Shown: piece by piece, positions 1 through 12,460 of the stretch | How positions within the stretch are numbered: position 1 is the stretch's first letter | Layout: each line of letters opens with the position of its first letter | Assembly: GCF_009914755.1 (NCBI RefSeq) | Contig: NC_060926.1 | DNA from: the human T2T-CHM13v2.0 reference genome, Homo sapiens | Strand: one strand, 5' to 3' | DNA: 64,000 nucleotides | The notes under the pieces: model-generated | What the model was told of the DNA's origin: nothing | What the model saw: the letters and a program-made list of their open reading frames with translations, nothing else | The model's database searches: none | Made by a program: the position numbers and the translations under genes

Positions 1-2680
1 TGCACAGATTAGAGGATCCATGAGGGTTCTCCACAGTGTTTCACCCTTGTCTTTCTAGCTCTGCCTCAGCTCAAAACAGCCTCATCCCAACAGGGCTCAG
101 GCTTTGTTTAACAAGAGCAAGCATTCTTCAAAAATAGCCGGACTGCACCAGCACACAGGAGAAACATTTTCAGGCTATGAAAAAATAAAACCATGAAAAT
201 GTGTTGATGGAGACAAGGCTAGCTTTGAAAGAAATACAATATGCAGGGACCATCTTGTTCCAGGGGGAGATTCTGTACCCAAATGTGCAGCATTCATAAC
301 GCCTCCACTACTCAGATTGCTTAAATTTACAAAACATATTCCCATTCACGGTTGTATTTATTTTCCAGATTGCACTGTGTTGAGTAGAGGGGCTCTTATC
401 TGCCCTTGACAGAGAAGGAAAGTGACCCACGGAGAGGCAGCCCCCGCGGGAATCCTGACTTCTGCCTCTGAGCAGCCGCAAGGGGGTCAGCACAGAGCCC
501 TCACACGTGGCTGTCGGCGCTGGGTTAACAGCCAGGGCAGACAATGAAGACGGTGGCAGGCTGCTCGGATTCCAGAACAGAGAGCTGTTTATCTTGTACT
601 TTTGTGTCCCAAAGGGTTGGATTTGGCATTTTTAAACCTTCAGATGATAGCCTCTCAGGGCTCAGTCTGAGGTTTATGAGAAAATGGATGTGAAGCAGGG
701 CAGCCTGTGCCTGGGAGGAACCCATCCGGAAGGGCTCGCCGCTTACCTTGTGTGCCCATCGACCAGGACTGCAAACACTTCCCCTGGTGGGGCCAGCCAG
801 CCTGCCCACGGCCTCAGTGCCCTGGAAAACCGCCAGCGTCTCACTGTCGCTTAACACTTTGTGGGAAGTCACTCCTACACTGGCTGCAGACACTTTGGAA
901 GAAAAGAAAGGATCGATAGACTTGCAAAGCCAGGAGGGGAAATACAATAAGCATTTGGTGTTACTGGCAAGGAAAGGTTCATTTTGAGGGTATGCATAAT
1001 ACCCTGAGCAGCAGAGTTCAGCTGCTGTGCCCAGCTCTTCCCCACATTGCTGGGAGCTTTCTCCCAGATTGCAACAGCCTCCGACCCCTCCCCGAATTCT
1101 TGATTCTGTCTGTTCTGTTTGTGTTTGCCGTTCAGACTCAGGCCTTAGCTTTTTACTGTTTTGTTTTGTCTCTGCATAAACTACTGGAGGAGCTCATTCA
1201 CTACTGGATGTCTATGGAAAGTCCAGTGAGATGGTACTTGGACCTTTGAATGCAGGCCTGACTTCCCTGCCACCTGGGCTCTGTGCGTGGAACACCTTCA
1301 CCTGGATTCCTTCAAATTCAGCACACCTGAGCCAGGTGTAGTCTTTTTTTTTTTTTCTTCCCAGCCCTCTTTCCTTCCCAGTTGCTGCAGCACTCCATGT
1401 GGCAGCACATCACCCAGACTCCACCTCAACTGTGTTTCCCTCGAGCAATCGCTGCACCCGCGGAGCTGTCTTTTGGTCCTCATAGCAACCCCACCGACGA
1501 GGAAGGAAGTGTGGCTCAGAGAGGCAGACACTGGACCCAGGCATCAGAGCGCCTCAGAGGCAAGGTCTGCATTTGGTGCAGCTTCCAACGCTCCCCACGG
1601 CTCCACTGCTGCTTCTTGTACATGCTTGGCTGCCATGCCCCAGGAAACCCCACCAGCATCTCTGTTGAGAGGTACCCACATGTTCTTCTGCGTGTTCACT
1701 TCACAAAGGATCACGCAGCCTCCTCACCCCAGGCTGTGCACATCAGCCCCACCTCCCTTGGGTGGCATGTTCCACCCAGTGCTGTTCAGAACCAAGGACC
1801 TCTCTGGTGTTTTCTGCCTGAGGAGCCCCCGCCTGCACCCAGCAGGGAAGACCCACAGCAAGGTAAAGCTGTGAGTGCAGTTTGAGGACAGACAGACCTG
1901 ACTTCAGGCCAGACACACCCACAGCTAGCTAACGGTTCCCATTTGCTGACCTGCTGTGCCTCACCTCAGAGGAAAATAACAATTGCCCCTGCCCTAGAGG
2001 GTCATTTAGAGGTGACTGTGGTGACGTGGCAGGAAACTCATTGGGTGGTATTCACGGTTCCTCCATGGTCAAAATAAACACCTGTACCCAGGTGGTTGCT
2101 GCCCTCCTTCATGTTCTTCCTCTCCTGCCCATCTCTGCAAATTCTCTGTTCCCTCATGGTTAAAACATTCCTGAGGATGCCCCTCTTGCTTCCTGAAAAT
2201 GTCCAGTGACCTATCCATAAAAATCCCACCATCTGCTAGGTGAGACGTAAGGCCTGGGGAGAACCCCCTGGGGTAGGTGATTTTTATCAACACTGCAAGA
2301 TAGAGAAATACAACTCAGGGTCCACAGTCAGGCTGCAGAAATGTCATCTAATCTCCCAGTCACACTTGTTCAAAATCAGTTTCCTCATCTGTGCAGAGTA
2401 GGTAGTGATTGAACTAACTCCTTGTGTAGACTGTGGAATGGCAGGGGTTTTAAACAAAATTTTCTGAAGTGGGGATAATATTATTGAATTTCTTGTAGAA
2501 TCATTATGAGATTGGCCATTTCAAAATAGATAGAATTAACAATCTTCATGTAAACAGGCTTGCACCAGAACAAAAAGCAAAACCAAAAATACAAAGACAG
2601 TGAGGATAAATAAAGCAGGCCAGATTAACAGCATCTAGTGTCTTCAAAATAGAGTGAGCAAGAGATGACCAGTCCTGCAC

Positions 2681-5055
2681 TGCAGTAGTCAAATCTCACA
2701 CTACTATAAAGAGCTACCTGAGACTGGGTAGTTTAGGAAGAAAAGAGGTTTAATCAATTCAGTTCCACAGTTTTTACAGGAAGCAAGGCTGGTAAGGCCT
2801 CAGGAAACTTACAATCATGGCAGAAGGTGAAAGGGAAGCAAGCACATATTCACAGAGCCAGCAGGAGAGAGAGGGAGAGAGTGAGACCACACACTTTCAA
2901 ACAACCAGATCTCATGAGAGCTCATTCACTATCACAACAACAGCAAAGGGAATGTACACCTCCATGATCCAATCACCTTCATTTTATTCCATGGGGAATA
3001 CAATTCAACATGAGACTTGGGTGGGGGCAGAGTCGAACCATATCATTCCACCTCTGGCCCCTCCCAAATCTCATGTCCTTCTCATATTTCAAAACACAAT
3101 CATGCCTTCCCAACAGTCCCCTAAAGTCTTAACTCATTCCAGCATTAACTCAAATGTCCAAGTCCAAAGTCTCATCTGAAACGAGGCAAGTCCCTTCCAC
3201 CTATGAGTCTGTAAAATCAAAAACAGGGTTACTTCCAAGTTACAGGCATTGGGTAAATTCTCCTATTCCAAATGGGATAAATTGGCCAAAACAAAGGGTC
3301 TACAGGCCCCATATATGTTCAACACCCAGCAGGGAAGTAATTAAATGTTAAAGCGCAAAGGTAATCTCCTTTGACTCCATGTCTCATATTCAGGCCACAT
3401 TGATACAACGGGTGGTCTCCCAAGGCCTTGGACACCTCTGCCCTGTGTCTGTGTAGAGCTCAACTCCCATGGCTTCTCTCAAGGTTTGGCATTGAGTTTC
3501 TGTAGCTTTTACAGAGGCACAGTGCAAGCTGTCTGTGAATCTACCATTTTGGGGGCTGGAGGATGGTGGCCCTATTCTCACAGTTCCACTGGGCAGTGCC
3601 CCAGTGGAGACCCCTCACATTCCCCTAGTAGAGAACTCCACACTGCTCTAGTAGAGGTTCTCTATGAGGTCTCCACCCCTGAAACAGGCTTCTGCCTGGA
3701 CATCCAGACATTTCCCTACATTCTCTGAAATCTAGGTGGGGGCTCCCAAGCCTCAACTCTTGCCCTCTGTACACCCACTGGCTTAATACCATGTGGAAGC
3801 CACCAAGGTTTCTTATGGCTTGCAACCTCTGGGGCAGTGGCCTGAGACATATCTGGGGTCCTTTTAACCATGGCTGGAGCTGTAGTGGCTGGGAAACAGG
3901 GTGTCATGTCCAAAAGCTGCACAGAGCAGTGGGGCCCTGGGCCCGGCCTGGTCCATAAAACCATTTTTCTCTCTTAGGTCTCCAGGGAGGCCTCCTGTGG
4001 TGGGAGGGGCTGCTGTGAAGGTCTCTGAAATGCCTTGGAAGTATTTTCCCCATCATCTTGGCTATTAACATTTGGATCTTTTTTACTTATGCAAATTTCT
4101 GAAGCTGGCTCAAATTCCTCCCACTGAAAATGGGTTTTTCTTTCCTACCACATGGCCAGGATGCAAATTTTTCAAACTTTTATGCTCTGCTTCCCTTTTA
4201 AATATAAATTTCAGTTTCAGGTAATTTTTTTTGCTCATGAATATGAGCACACCCTGTCAGAAGCAGCCAGGCCAAATATTGAACACATTGCTGCTTAGAA
4301 CTTTCATTCACCAGATACCCTAAATCATGTCTCTTAAGTTCAAAGTTCCATAGATCCCTCAAGCAGGGGCACAATGCTGCCAGGCTCTTTGCTAAAGCAT
4401 AGCAAGAGTGACCTTTACTCTAATTCTCAATAATTTCCTAATCTCCATCTGAGACCACCTCAGTCTGGACTACACTGTTCATATCATTATCAGCATTTGG
4501 GTCACAACCATTCAACAAGTCTCCAGGAAGTTCCAACCTTTCTTACATCTTCCTGTCTTCTGAGCCCTCTAAACTGTTCCAACCTCTGCCCATTAGCCAT
4601 TTCCAAAGTCACTTCACATTTTCAGGTCTCTTTATAGCAATGCCCCAGTTCTCTTGAACCAATTTCCTGTATTAGTTTGTTCTCACACTGCTGTAAAGAT
4701 ATATCTGAGACTGGGTAATTTATAAAGAAAAGAGGTTTAATAGGCTCACGGTTCTGTGGGCTATGCAAGCTTCTGCTTCTGGGGAGGCCTCAGAAAACTT
4801 ACAATCATGATGGAAGGTGAAAGGGGAGCAGGCAGGTCTTTACATGGTCAGAGGGAGAGAGAGAGAAAGAGAATGACAGAGGAAGTGCTACACACTTTTG
4901 CACAACCTGATCTCACGAGAACTCACTATCATGAGAACAGCAAGGGAGAAATCTGGCCCCATGATCTGATCATCTTTCACTAGGTCTCTCCCTCAACATT
5001 GGCGATTACAATTCAACATGAGATTTTGGTGGGGACACAGAACCACACCATCTCA
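2681..5055 (-). mobile_element. Full-length MaLR provirus (MSTA/THE1-like LTR - internal - LTR)
   Basis: LTRs at 2681-3045 (TGCAGTAGTC...CCATATCA) and 4668-5055 (TGTATTAGTT...CCATCTCA) share CTGAGACTGGGTA/AAAAGAGGTTTAAT/AAACTTACAATCATG/CAATTCAACATGAGA blocks, the reverse complement of the TGATATGG...ACTAATACA consensus. The 1.6 kb between them is typical MST/THE1-int. Flanks TGCAC/CACAC are compatible with a 5-bp TSD. Confidence 0.93.
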
Positions 5056-5584
5056 CACACATCTGGATCACAGAGGCGCAGTGCAGTATGTGCTGGAGAC
5101 AAGAGCTAGGGGCACGGGAAAGTCAGCTCTGGAATCTCACCACGTTGCCTGGGAATCCATTGCTGGGATTGAGCTGTGGAAGCAGGAGGTGAAGGATATG
5201 CAGCAGGGGACCCCTGAGGGCAGCAGACCAAGCAGGGTCGGCCTTAGGAAGGATGGAACAGGAGACACACAGGAAAGTGAGTCCTGGACCAGGATAAGGT
5301 GGGCGTCACCCCCACAGCAGAGCCCGGGGAATGATGGCTCCAGCTTGCTATCAAGGCTGTGGGGAGGGACAGACAGCAGGTATGACATCACTCTCCAGAC
5401 GTTCCTGGTGCAGGAGAGCTCAGGAACCCTTTACTTTATTGCTGGGTTACAAAGTAAACCCAGGCTTTACTTTGTTGCTGTCTTTGTCATTTGTTTATTT
5501 GTTTTAGCTCTGCCTTCCTGGTTTTCTTCCCAGAATCTCCATTCCTTATCCAAATTAACTCCCCTTTGGATAGAGTTTAGCCAG

Positions 5585-6337
<753 letters not shown>

Positions 6338-7249
6338 TCTGCTGACATTTTGTTTTGCAGCCCTGCTGAGCTGGCTGCCCTGGGGCCCCTGCTTTCTAGC
6401 CTGAAGCTTCCTGAGCTAGTGTTTAGAGGAGACACTTTTAAACAACCAGATCTCATGACCCAGTGCTCACTGCCCAGAAGACTTGGTGCCAAGGCCTGGC
6501 CGAGAGGCTGCCTGGCCAGCTTTCAGATGAATCAGGAAGTGCAGGGCCCAGTAATGAGCCTCTCCTGAGTTGCCGGCAGGAGTCAAGGCAGACGAGGCAG
6601 CCCTTGTCATCCACACGAGCTCCCCAGGCAGCCCACGTCAGTCCCGGCAACTGAAATGGCTGCACAAGCTCTTGTTTATATTGCACCAAGCTCTGATTAC
6701 CTCCCCAGTCCCCACCAGCACACACACACCTGCACATTACCCGCCTGTCCCTGGTGCTCGCAGCTTGTGCTGTCCCTGGAGCATTCACAACCAAGAGCCG
6801 CAGCTGTGTCTGCTCGTCCCAGCCTCCCAGCCTCAACAGCCACACAGACTTGCAGGGACAGGGCTGGCAGGTTAGGAGGCCACTCTCCACATAAGACAAT
6901 TCCCTGTTTGTGCTGCAGGGCGGAGCCAGCTGTGGCGATGTCTGCTTTCCCGTGGGGGTTGCAGGCTTATAGGACACCTGCCCGCACTCTGGGGAAAGGT
7001 AGCTCATGGCCCCAGAAGGAATGTCCCAGGCAGTTGGGGACCCGCTCCTCCACGCCCATCCTCCCCTTGGTCCTGAGCTCCCAGGGTATCTGTCCTGATG
7101 ACCCAGACCCCTGGGAGGCCCTGAGCCCTCACCTGCCCTAGCAGGGTACAAACCCTCTTCTCTGTGACTCATGTGAGCAGAAGCTGAGCAAACACAGGAG
7201 TCTCTCCTGCCAAAAACGAGAGCCGTGCATCCAACACAAGTCATCCAGT

Positions 7250-7430
7250 TCAACCACTTTCTAGCTGGGAGACGCAGGGCAAATAACATATCCTCTGTGA
7301 GTCTCAGTCTTTCTGTTTTAGAAACGAGGAGTATGATTCTTACCTTAGAGAGTTACTGCGAGAATGAAATCAGATGCACTGCACCAAGCGTCCAGTGCAG
7401 TGCTCTCGGCGAGTGAGCCCTCTGAAGGTG
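7250..7430 (+). mobile_element. MIR fragment
   Basis: CCACTTTCTAGCTGGGAGACGCAGGGCAAATAAC...CTCTGTGAGTCTCAGTCTTTCTG...TACCTTAGAGAGTTACTGCGAGAATGAAATCAGATG resembles the MIR core. Confidence 0.7.
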
Positions 7431-8188
7431 CAGTTCCTCCACTCGCCAACCTTTCCAGTAAACAATACACACTGCTTACCATTTATTTCTGAGGATTTTT
7501 CCTGGCAAATTATTTCACACTGGGAAGCACAACTATTTCAATGCACCTAGAGTCTTCAAAAAAGTACAAAAGTGAGCCAAAAAAAGTCACCTTAGTTCTG
7601 TCTCAGCAAACGTCAAAACTTCATTGGTCTCTCAAGCCCCTGTTCTGCCTAAGAGTTCTTGCATGTAAGATGGGGCACTTCTGCGGGACCTCAGGGGCTG
7701 AGAAGGCAGCCACACACGCCTGAGGACCCCCTCCCCTCGGAGTGGCGTCTGTGTGGTAAGGGTCTTGCCGGGTTGCCGAGAGTCATGGGGAGGGAAGTCA
7801 GGTGTAGTGCCCACCTCCGGCATCTGCCAGTGTCTACCTTTTGGTTACTGGCCTCTGAGCCTCTGCCCCTCAGCAGGTTGGGGGTTGTACATCGCCACTG
7901 ACAGGTAGATCGACGAAAGTCCCGCTGTCCTCATGATCTCGGCCACCGTACCTGGCCACATCCACCGTGCACCCTCTCCCAGAGCCGCTGTGCACCATGG
8001 GCAGCCCCCTCCTTTTCCAAGCAGCTGCCCGGAGTCCTGTACCTCCCTGTGGGGCCGGGAGACGAAGGCTGTACTTGGGAATCACTGCACTTATGACTCA
8101 GTCGGGCATTGACTGTGTGCCTGGAGAAGGTCCCGGGACTCCTGCTCAGGGAGGGAGCACTTTTCACCCCAGCTCCCAGTAAAGGTCA

Positions 8189-9225
8189 GTGTGAGTGTGT
8201 GGGTGTCCCACGTCCTCCCTGTGTGGGAGTGTGTGAGGGCGTCACACAGGACACACACGCAGAGACAAGGAATACACTCACACACACTCACACACAGAGA
8301 GGACACGGGATACACTCTCCATACTCAGACACACACAGGGCATGGGACACTCACACACACGCACGGAGAAGACACAGGACCCTCTCACATTCACACGTGC
8401 AGACAGGACACCCCCCCACACACACAGAAAAGGACATGGGACTCTCACACACAGAGAGGACACAGGACACACACACACGCAGACAGTACACCCTCAGACA
8501 CACAGAGAGGACATGGGACCGTCTCACACACCGAGAGGACACAAAACACTCTCACACACACAGAGAGGACACAGCACCCTCTCACACTCGTAGACATGAC
8601 ACTCTCAGACACAAACAGAGAGGACATGGGACACTCACACATGCAGAGAGGACACGGGACACACACACGCAGAGAGGACATGGGACACTCACACTCACAC
8701 ACAGAGAGGACATGGGACACTCTCCATACTGAGACACACCCAGAGGGCATGGGACACACTCTCATATGCTCACACACACAGGCTATACACTGACATTTTT
8801 CCACGCACATGAAGAGGACCCCCTCTCACACACACATACACTGAAGACATGGGACACATTCTCACACACAGAACACAGGAGGCACTCATGTACTCACACA
8901 TAGTCACACACTCACACAGAAGACACAGGACACACTCACATACACACAGATACAGACAGCACACACACAGGACGTGGGACTCGCTCTCACACACACACAT
9001 GCACACAGAAAATACGGGGCACAGTCACAGACTCACGCATGGGGGACACACTCATATACTCACACAGACAGCACACAGTCACACACACCTAGTAGCACAC
9101 ATACACTTTGCACACATCTGTACACACACCCCACACGTGTGCACACACCCCACACGAGCACATCCCCCCACGCGTGCACACACACACATATGCACGCACC
9201 CCGCACACCTGCACACTCACTCTCA
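8189..9225. repeat. Degenerate CA-rich minisatellite, unit ~ CACACAGAGAGGACATGGGACACTCT(CA)n, decaying into imperfect (CA)n
   Basis: Many visible copies of ACAGAGAGGACA(T/C)GGGACAC between 8280 and 9060. The first unit (8189-8237) is inverted. Confidence 0.92.
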
Positions 9226-9534
9226 TCTCTACTTCTCTGAAGCCATCACCCGGGCAGGTCCACCTGAGGCTGCCTTTCTCTCCATAAGAGGATTTCCTGG
9301 CTTCCACCTCTCAGTCCCCACTGCCGTGCTGTCCAGTGTGAGTGGCTGCCTCTGGCCCTGCTAGGGCCGTCGTCTGCTCTCTGGGTCACAGGCTGCCTGG
9401 TCCACCGGCTGCACCCCTATAAGTTCTCGTGAGACCTGCAGAGCCCTGGGCCCTGGCCTGCCCATGCCCACCCACCGGGGAGCTCCTTGGCTCAGGCTCA
9501 CAGGTTCCAAGGCCTCCGAGTTACTCGGGCTGTG

Positions 9535-9828
9535 CACAGGCCGCCAGCTCACTCACACAGACAGAGGCCCTCGCTGACTCACACAGTGGCCGCCAGCTCA
9601 CACACAGACAGAAGCCCTCGCTCACTCACACAGAGGCCGCCAGCTCACTTACACAGACAGAGGCCCCCAGCTCATTCATGCAGACGGAGGCCACTGGCTC
9701 ACTCACATGGACGGAGACCGCCAGCTCACTCACAGAGACAGAAGCCGCTGACTCACACAGGCAAAGGTCCCTGGCTCACCACACAGACGGAGGCCCCCGG
9801 CTGACTCACAGATGGAGGACACGGGGCT
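9535..9828. repeat. Minisatellite, ~24-27 bp unit GGCCGCCAGCTCACTCACACAGACAGA
   Basis: About 11 imperfect tandem copies visible directly; the translation track shows repeated ASSLTQTEA. Confidence 0.9.
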
Positions 9829-10769
9829 CCTGGGTTTCCCTCCTGCCGACAGCTGGAGCGACCGGGGCAGGCCTCACCTTCGTGGGAAGGGGAGTCAGGT
9901 GCCCTTCCACAGCAGGGGGTCTAGACACAGCCCTGCCTCACGGAACCCAGCCCCGGCTCACCTCCTTCCCCAAGGCCTCACTGTGCCCAGCCCCATACCC
10001 AGCACACGCAGGCCCTCAAGGACACTCTACTCTCAGGGACATGTGCCCTATGCACCAGGCCAGCTTGGCCACACCCAACCCTTCTTTCACTGTCCAGGCC
10101 CAATGAGGCCTTCTCCTCGAGTCCTCCTGGACTCCCGGGAGGTGCCAGGTTCCCTCTGCATCCCGACTGCTGGCTGCCACTCCCCTCACCTCGCTACTGA
10201 ATGCACTCATTTTCCTGGGCTCATGGCTACCACGCTGAAGTCGGCCCCTTCGTCGGTCTTCCTGCTGCACCCTTCCTCTCCACACCATGCTCTCCATTCC
10301 GGGATCTCACACGTGCATTTGATAAGTTACAAGTGCTTGTTGAGAAATGCCGGTGTCCTGTCCCATCTCCATGAAAGCCGAGGTGGGCCCCTGGGTGCCT
10401 GCACGCAGAAGACCCTCTAAATCCTTACAGAACAGGTTACTCTCTGCATTCCCAGAATGGAGCAGTGCCTGGGATAGAGCAAGGGCCTCAAACGTGCCTG
10501 TCCACTGAAACTGGAACTGGTGAAGCTCCCAATTTAACAGCATGTAGATACCATGCATAGCAGTACCGAGGTGTTAGAGTTCTGTGTATGTGCTCCATTT
10601 CACTTACTTTCTCCATTTTTCCCCGCATTGATTTGCCTCAAATGGTGAAAACATCATTGCATATTTTAGACAGAGCAAAGCCACAAAGAGGTTCCTATTA
10701 CTTAAAACCTATTATTAACACCAAGCGCTCCCCAAAGCCAGGTGTAGGATATATTTATACCACATTTAA

Positions 10770-11164
<395 letters not shown>

Positions 11165-11814
11165 TGCTGCTGTCTTTGTAGAGAAAGCTTCAGTCCCATG
11201 CCAGACCTAGAGGGCCACAGCCTCTGTCCTGAACTTGGCCACTTCAGCTCACTCTTTGACTTTTGTAATAGCCCTTAAGTGACTTCACTGATCCCCACCT
11301 GTGGCAGTGAAAGCTGAATGTACACTATGCACTGTGCTGAGCAGTTACTACTATCTGAAGGCTACCTGGAAACACATGCGAAGCTTTGAGGGGTCTTTGC
11401 CCATAAACCCCGACACCTTCCAGCAAGGGTCCTCTTCCGGACGGCAGTGGGTTGCCTTGAGACTCAAGTTCACAACCAGGCTAGGAGATGAGGACTCCCA
11501 AGCTCTCCATTCAGAACCTCCAGATGGGACAGGAGCCCAGACCTGCATTCTGCAGGCCCATGCTGAGGTTTATTGTCAAATGCAAGGGAGGGTCGGTTAC
11601 GGGTTCCCCAGGTGATATGGAGGGCACCAGTCACAGTGACCACCTGTCAAATGGAGGTGATGATTTAATGCAGCAGACGTGTTGTGGAAACGCAGAGATC
11701 TCCGATACACATTCCTGGCTAGCAGTAGCTGCTCAAGAAACATCACTCCCCATTTTGTAACACTGCAGCCTATGTGCAGGGAGATAACTGTTCCATGGGA
11801 AACAGCAGCCCTGG

Positions 11815-11985
11815 AGGAAAAGGACTCGCGTTTGAAATGTGGTTGACATCTCCCAGGTGATACAGCTTAATCTCTCTGAACCTCGGATGTCTTATCTGTA
11901 AATAGTGAAGACAAGTGCCTCACAGGGCTGCTGTCACGATTAACCATGAGGTGCTGCACAGCAGAATTCCTGTCAGCGCCCAGTT
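11815..11985 (+). mobile_element. MIR fragment
   Basis: CTTAATCTCTCTGAACCTCGGATGTCTTATCTGTAAATAGTG...CCTCACAGGGCTGCTGTCACGATTAA matches the MIR core. Confidence 0.75.
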
Positions 11986-12149
11986 CTTTTCCTGCACAGA
12001 GAGCTCAGGTGCACATTGACCTGGTGCAGGACATCAGTCTCGGCTCTTCCAGGTTGGATGCCAGCCTCAGTCTCAGAGCTCAGGCACCTTCCAAGTCCCT
12101 TCCCCTCCCACTTGGCCACTTGCCACCAGACAGCTCCCTCTAATTTCTC

Positions 12150-12460
12150 CCCACTTGGCCCAGCCATGAGCCCTGGCCAGGCCACCTGGCTGTGATCTGG
12201 TGATCACACAGTCCACCGCTGTGTAGTGCACAAGAGGCTGGACATCCAGTGCATCGAGTATGTGTGTCAGCTCTGCCTAAGTCAACCTCTCCCTGGCAAT
12301 GCTGAAAACCTCAGTGAAGTTAAGAAAACAGGTTGCAAGGTTCATGTTACCTTGGGGTCACTTTGTGAGTCCCATAGCTGTGGCTGGAAGCGGGTACTGG
12401 AGTATCCTCTGGAAGAGAGGATGGTCAGTTCTGAGCGCTATGCACATCACTGAAATGGAA
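12150..12460 (+). repeat. Copy A of an old ~310 bp direct duplication (partner 16626-16958)
   Basis: Colinear similarity to 16650-16950. 12402-12435 vs 16900-16933 is 32/34 identical, and CTGCCTAAGTCA is shared (12273 / 16760). Confidence 0.85.

Noticed and set aside
6453-7289. 278-aa ORF, the longest in the window
   Set aside because: Starts in a MIR, composition typical of GC-rich non-coding frames, no recognisable motif, overlapping ORFs in several frames.
8109-9364. His/Thr-rich and Cys/Val-rich ORFs (metal-binding or keratin-associated look)
   Set aside because: Translation artefacts of the CA-rich minisatellite.
12358-12460. Shared peptide ALRTDH.LF.RI..YP.P....GLT* in both duplicated copies
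   Set aside because: Short, explained by DNA-level similarity, with many non-synonymous changes and no known family.
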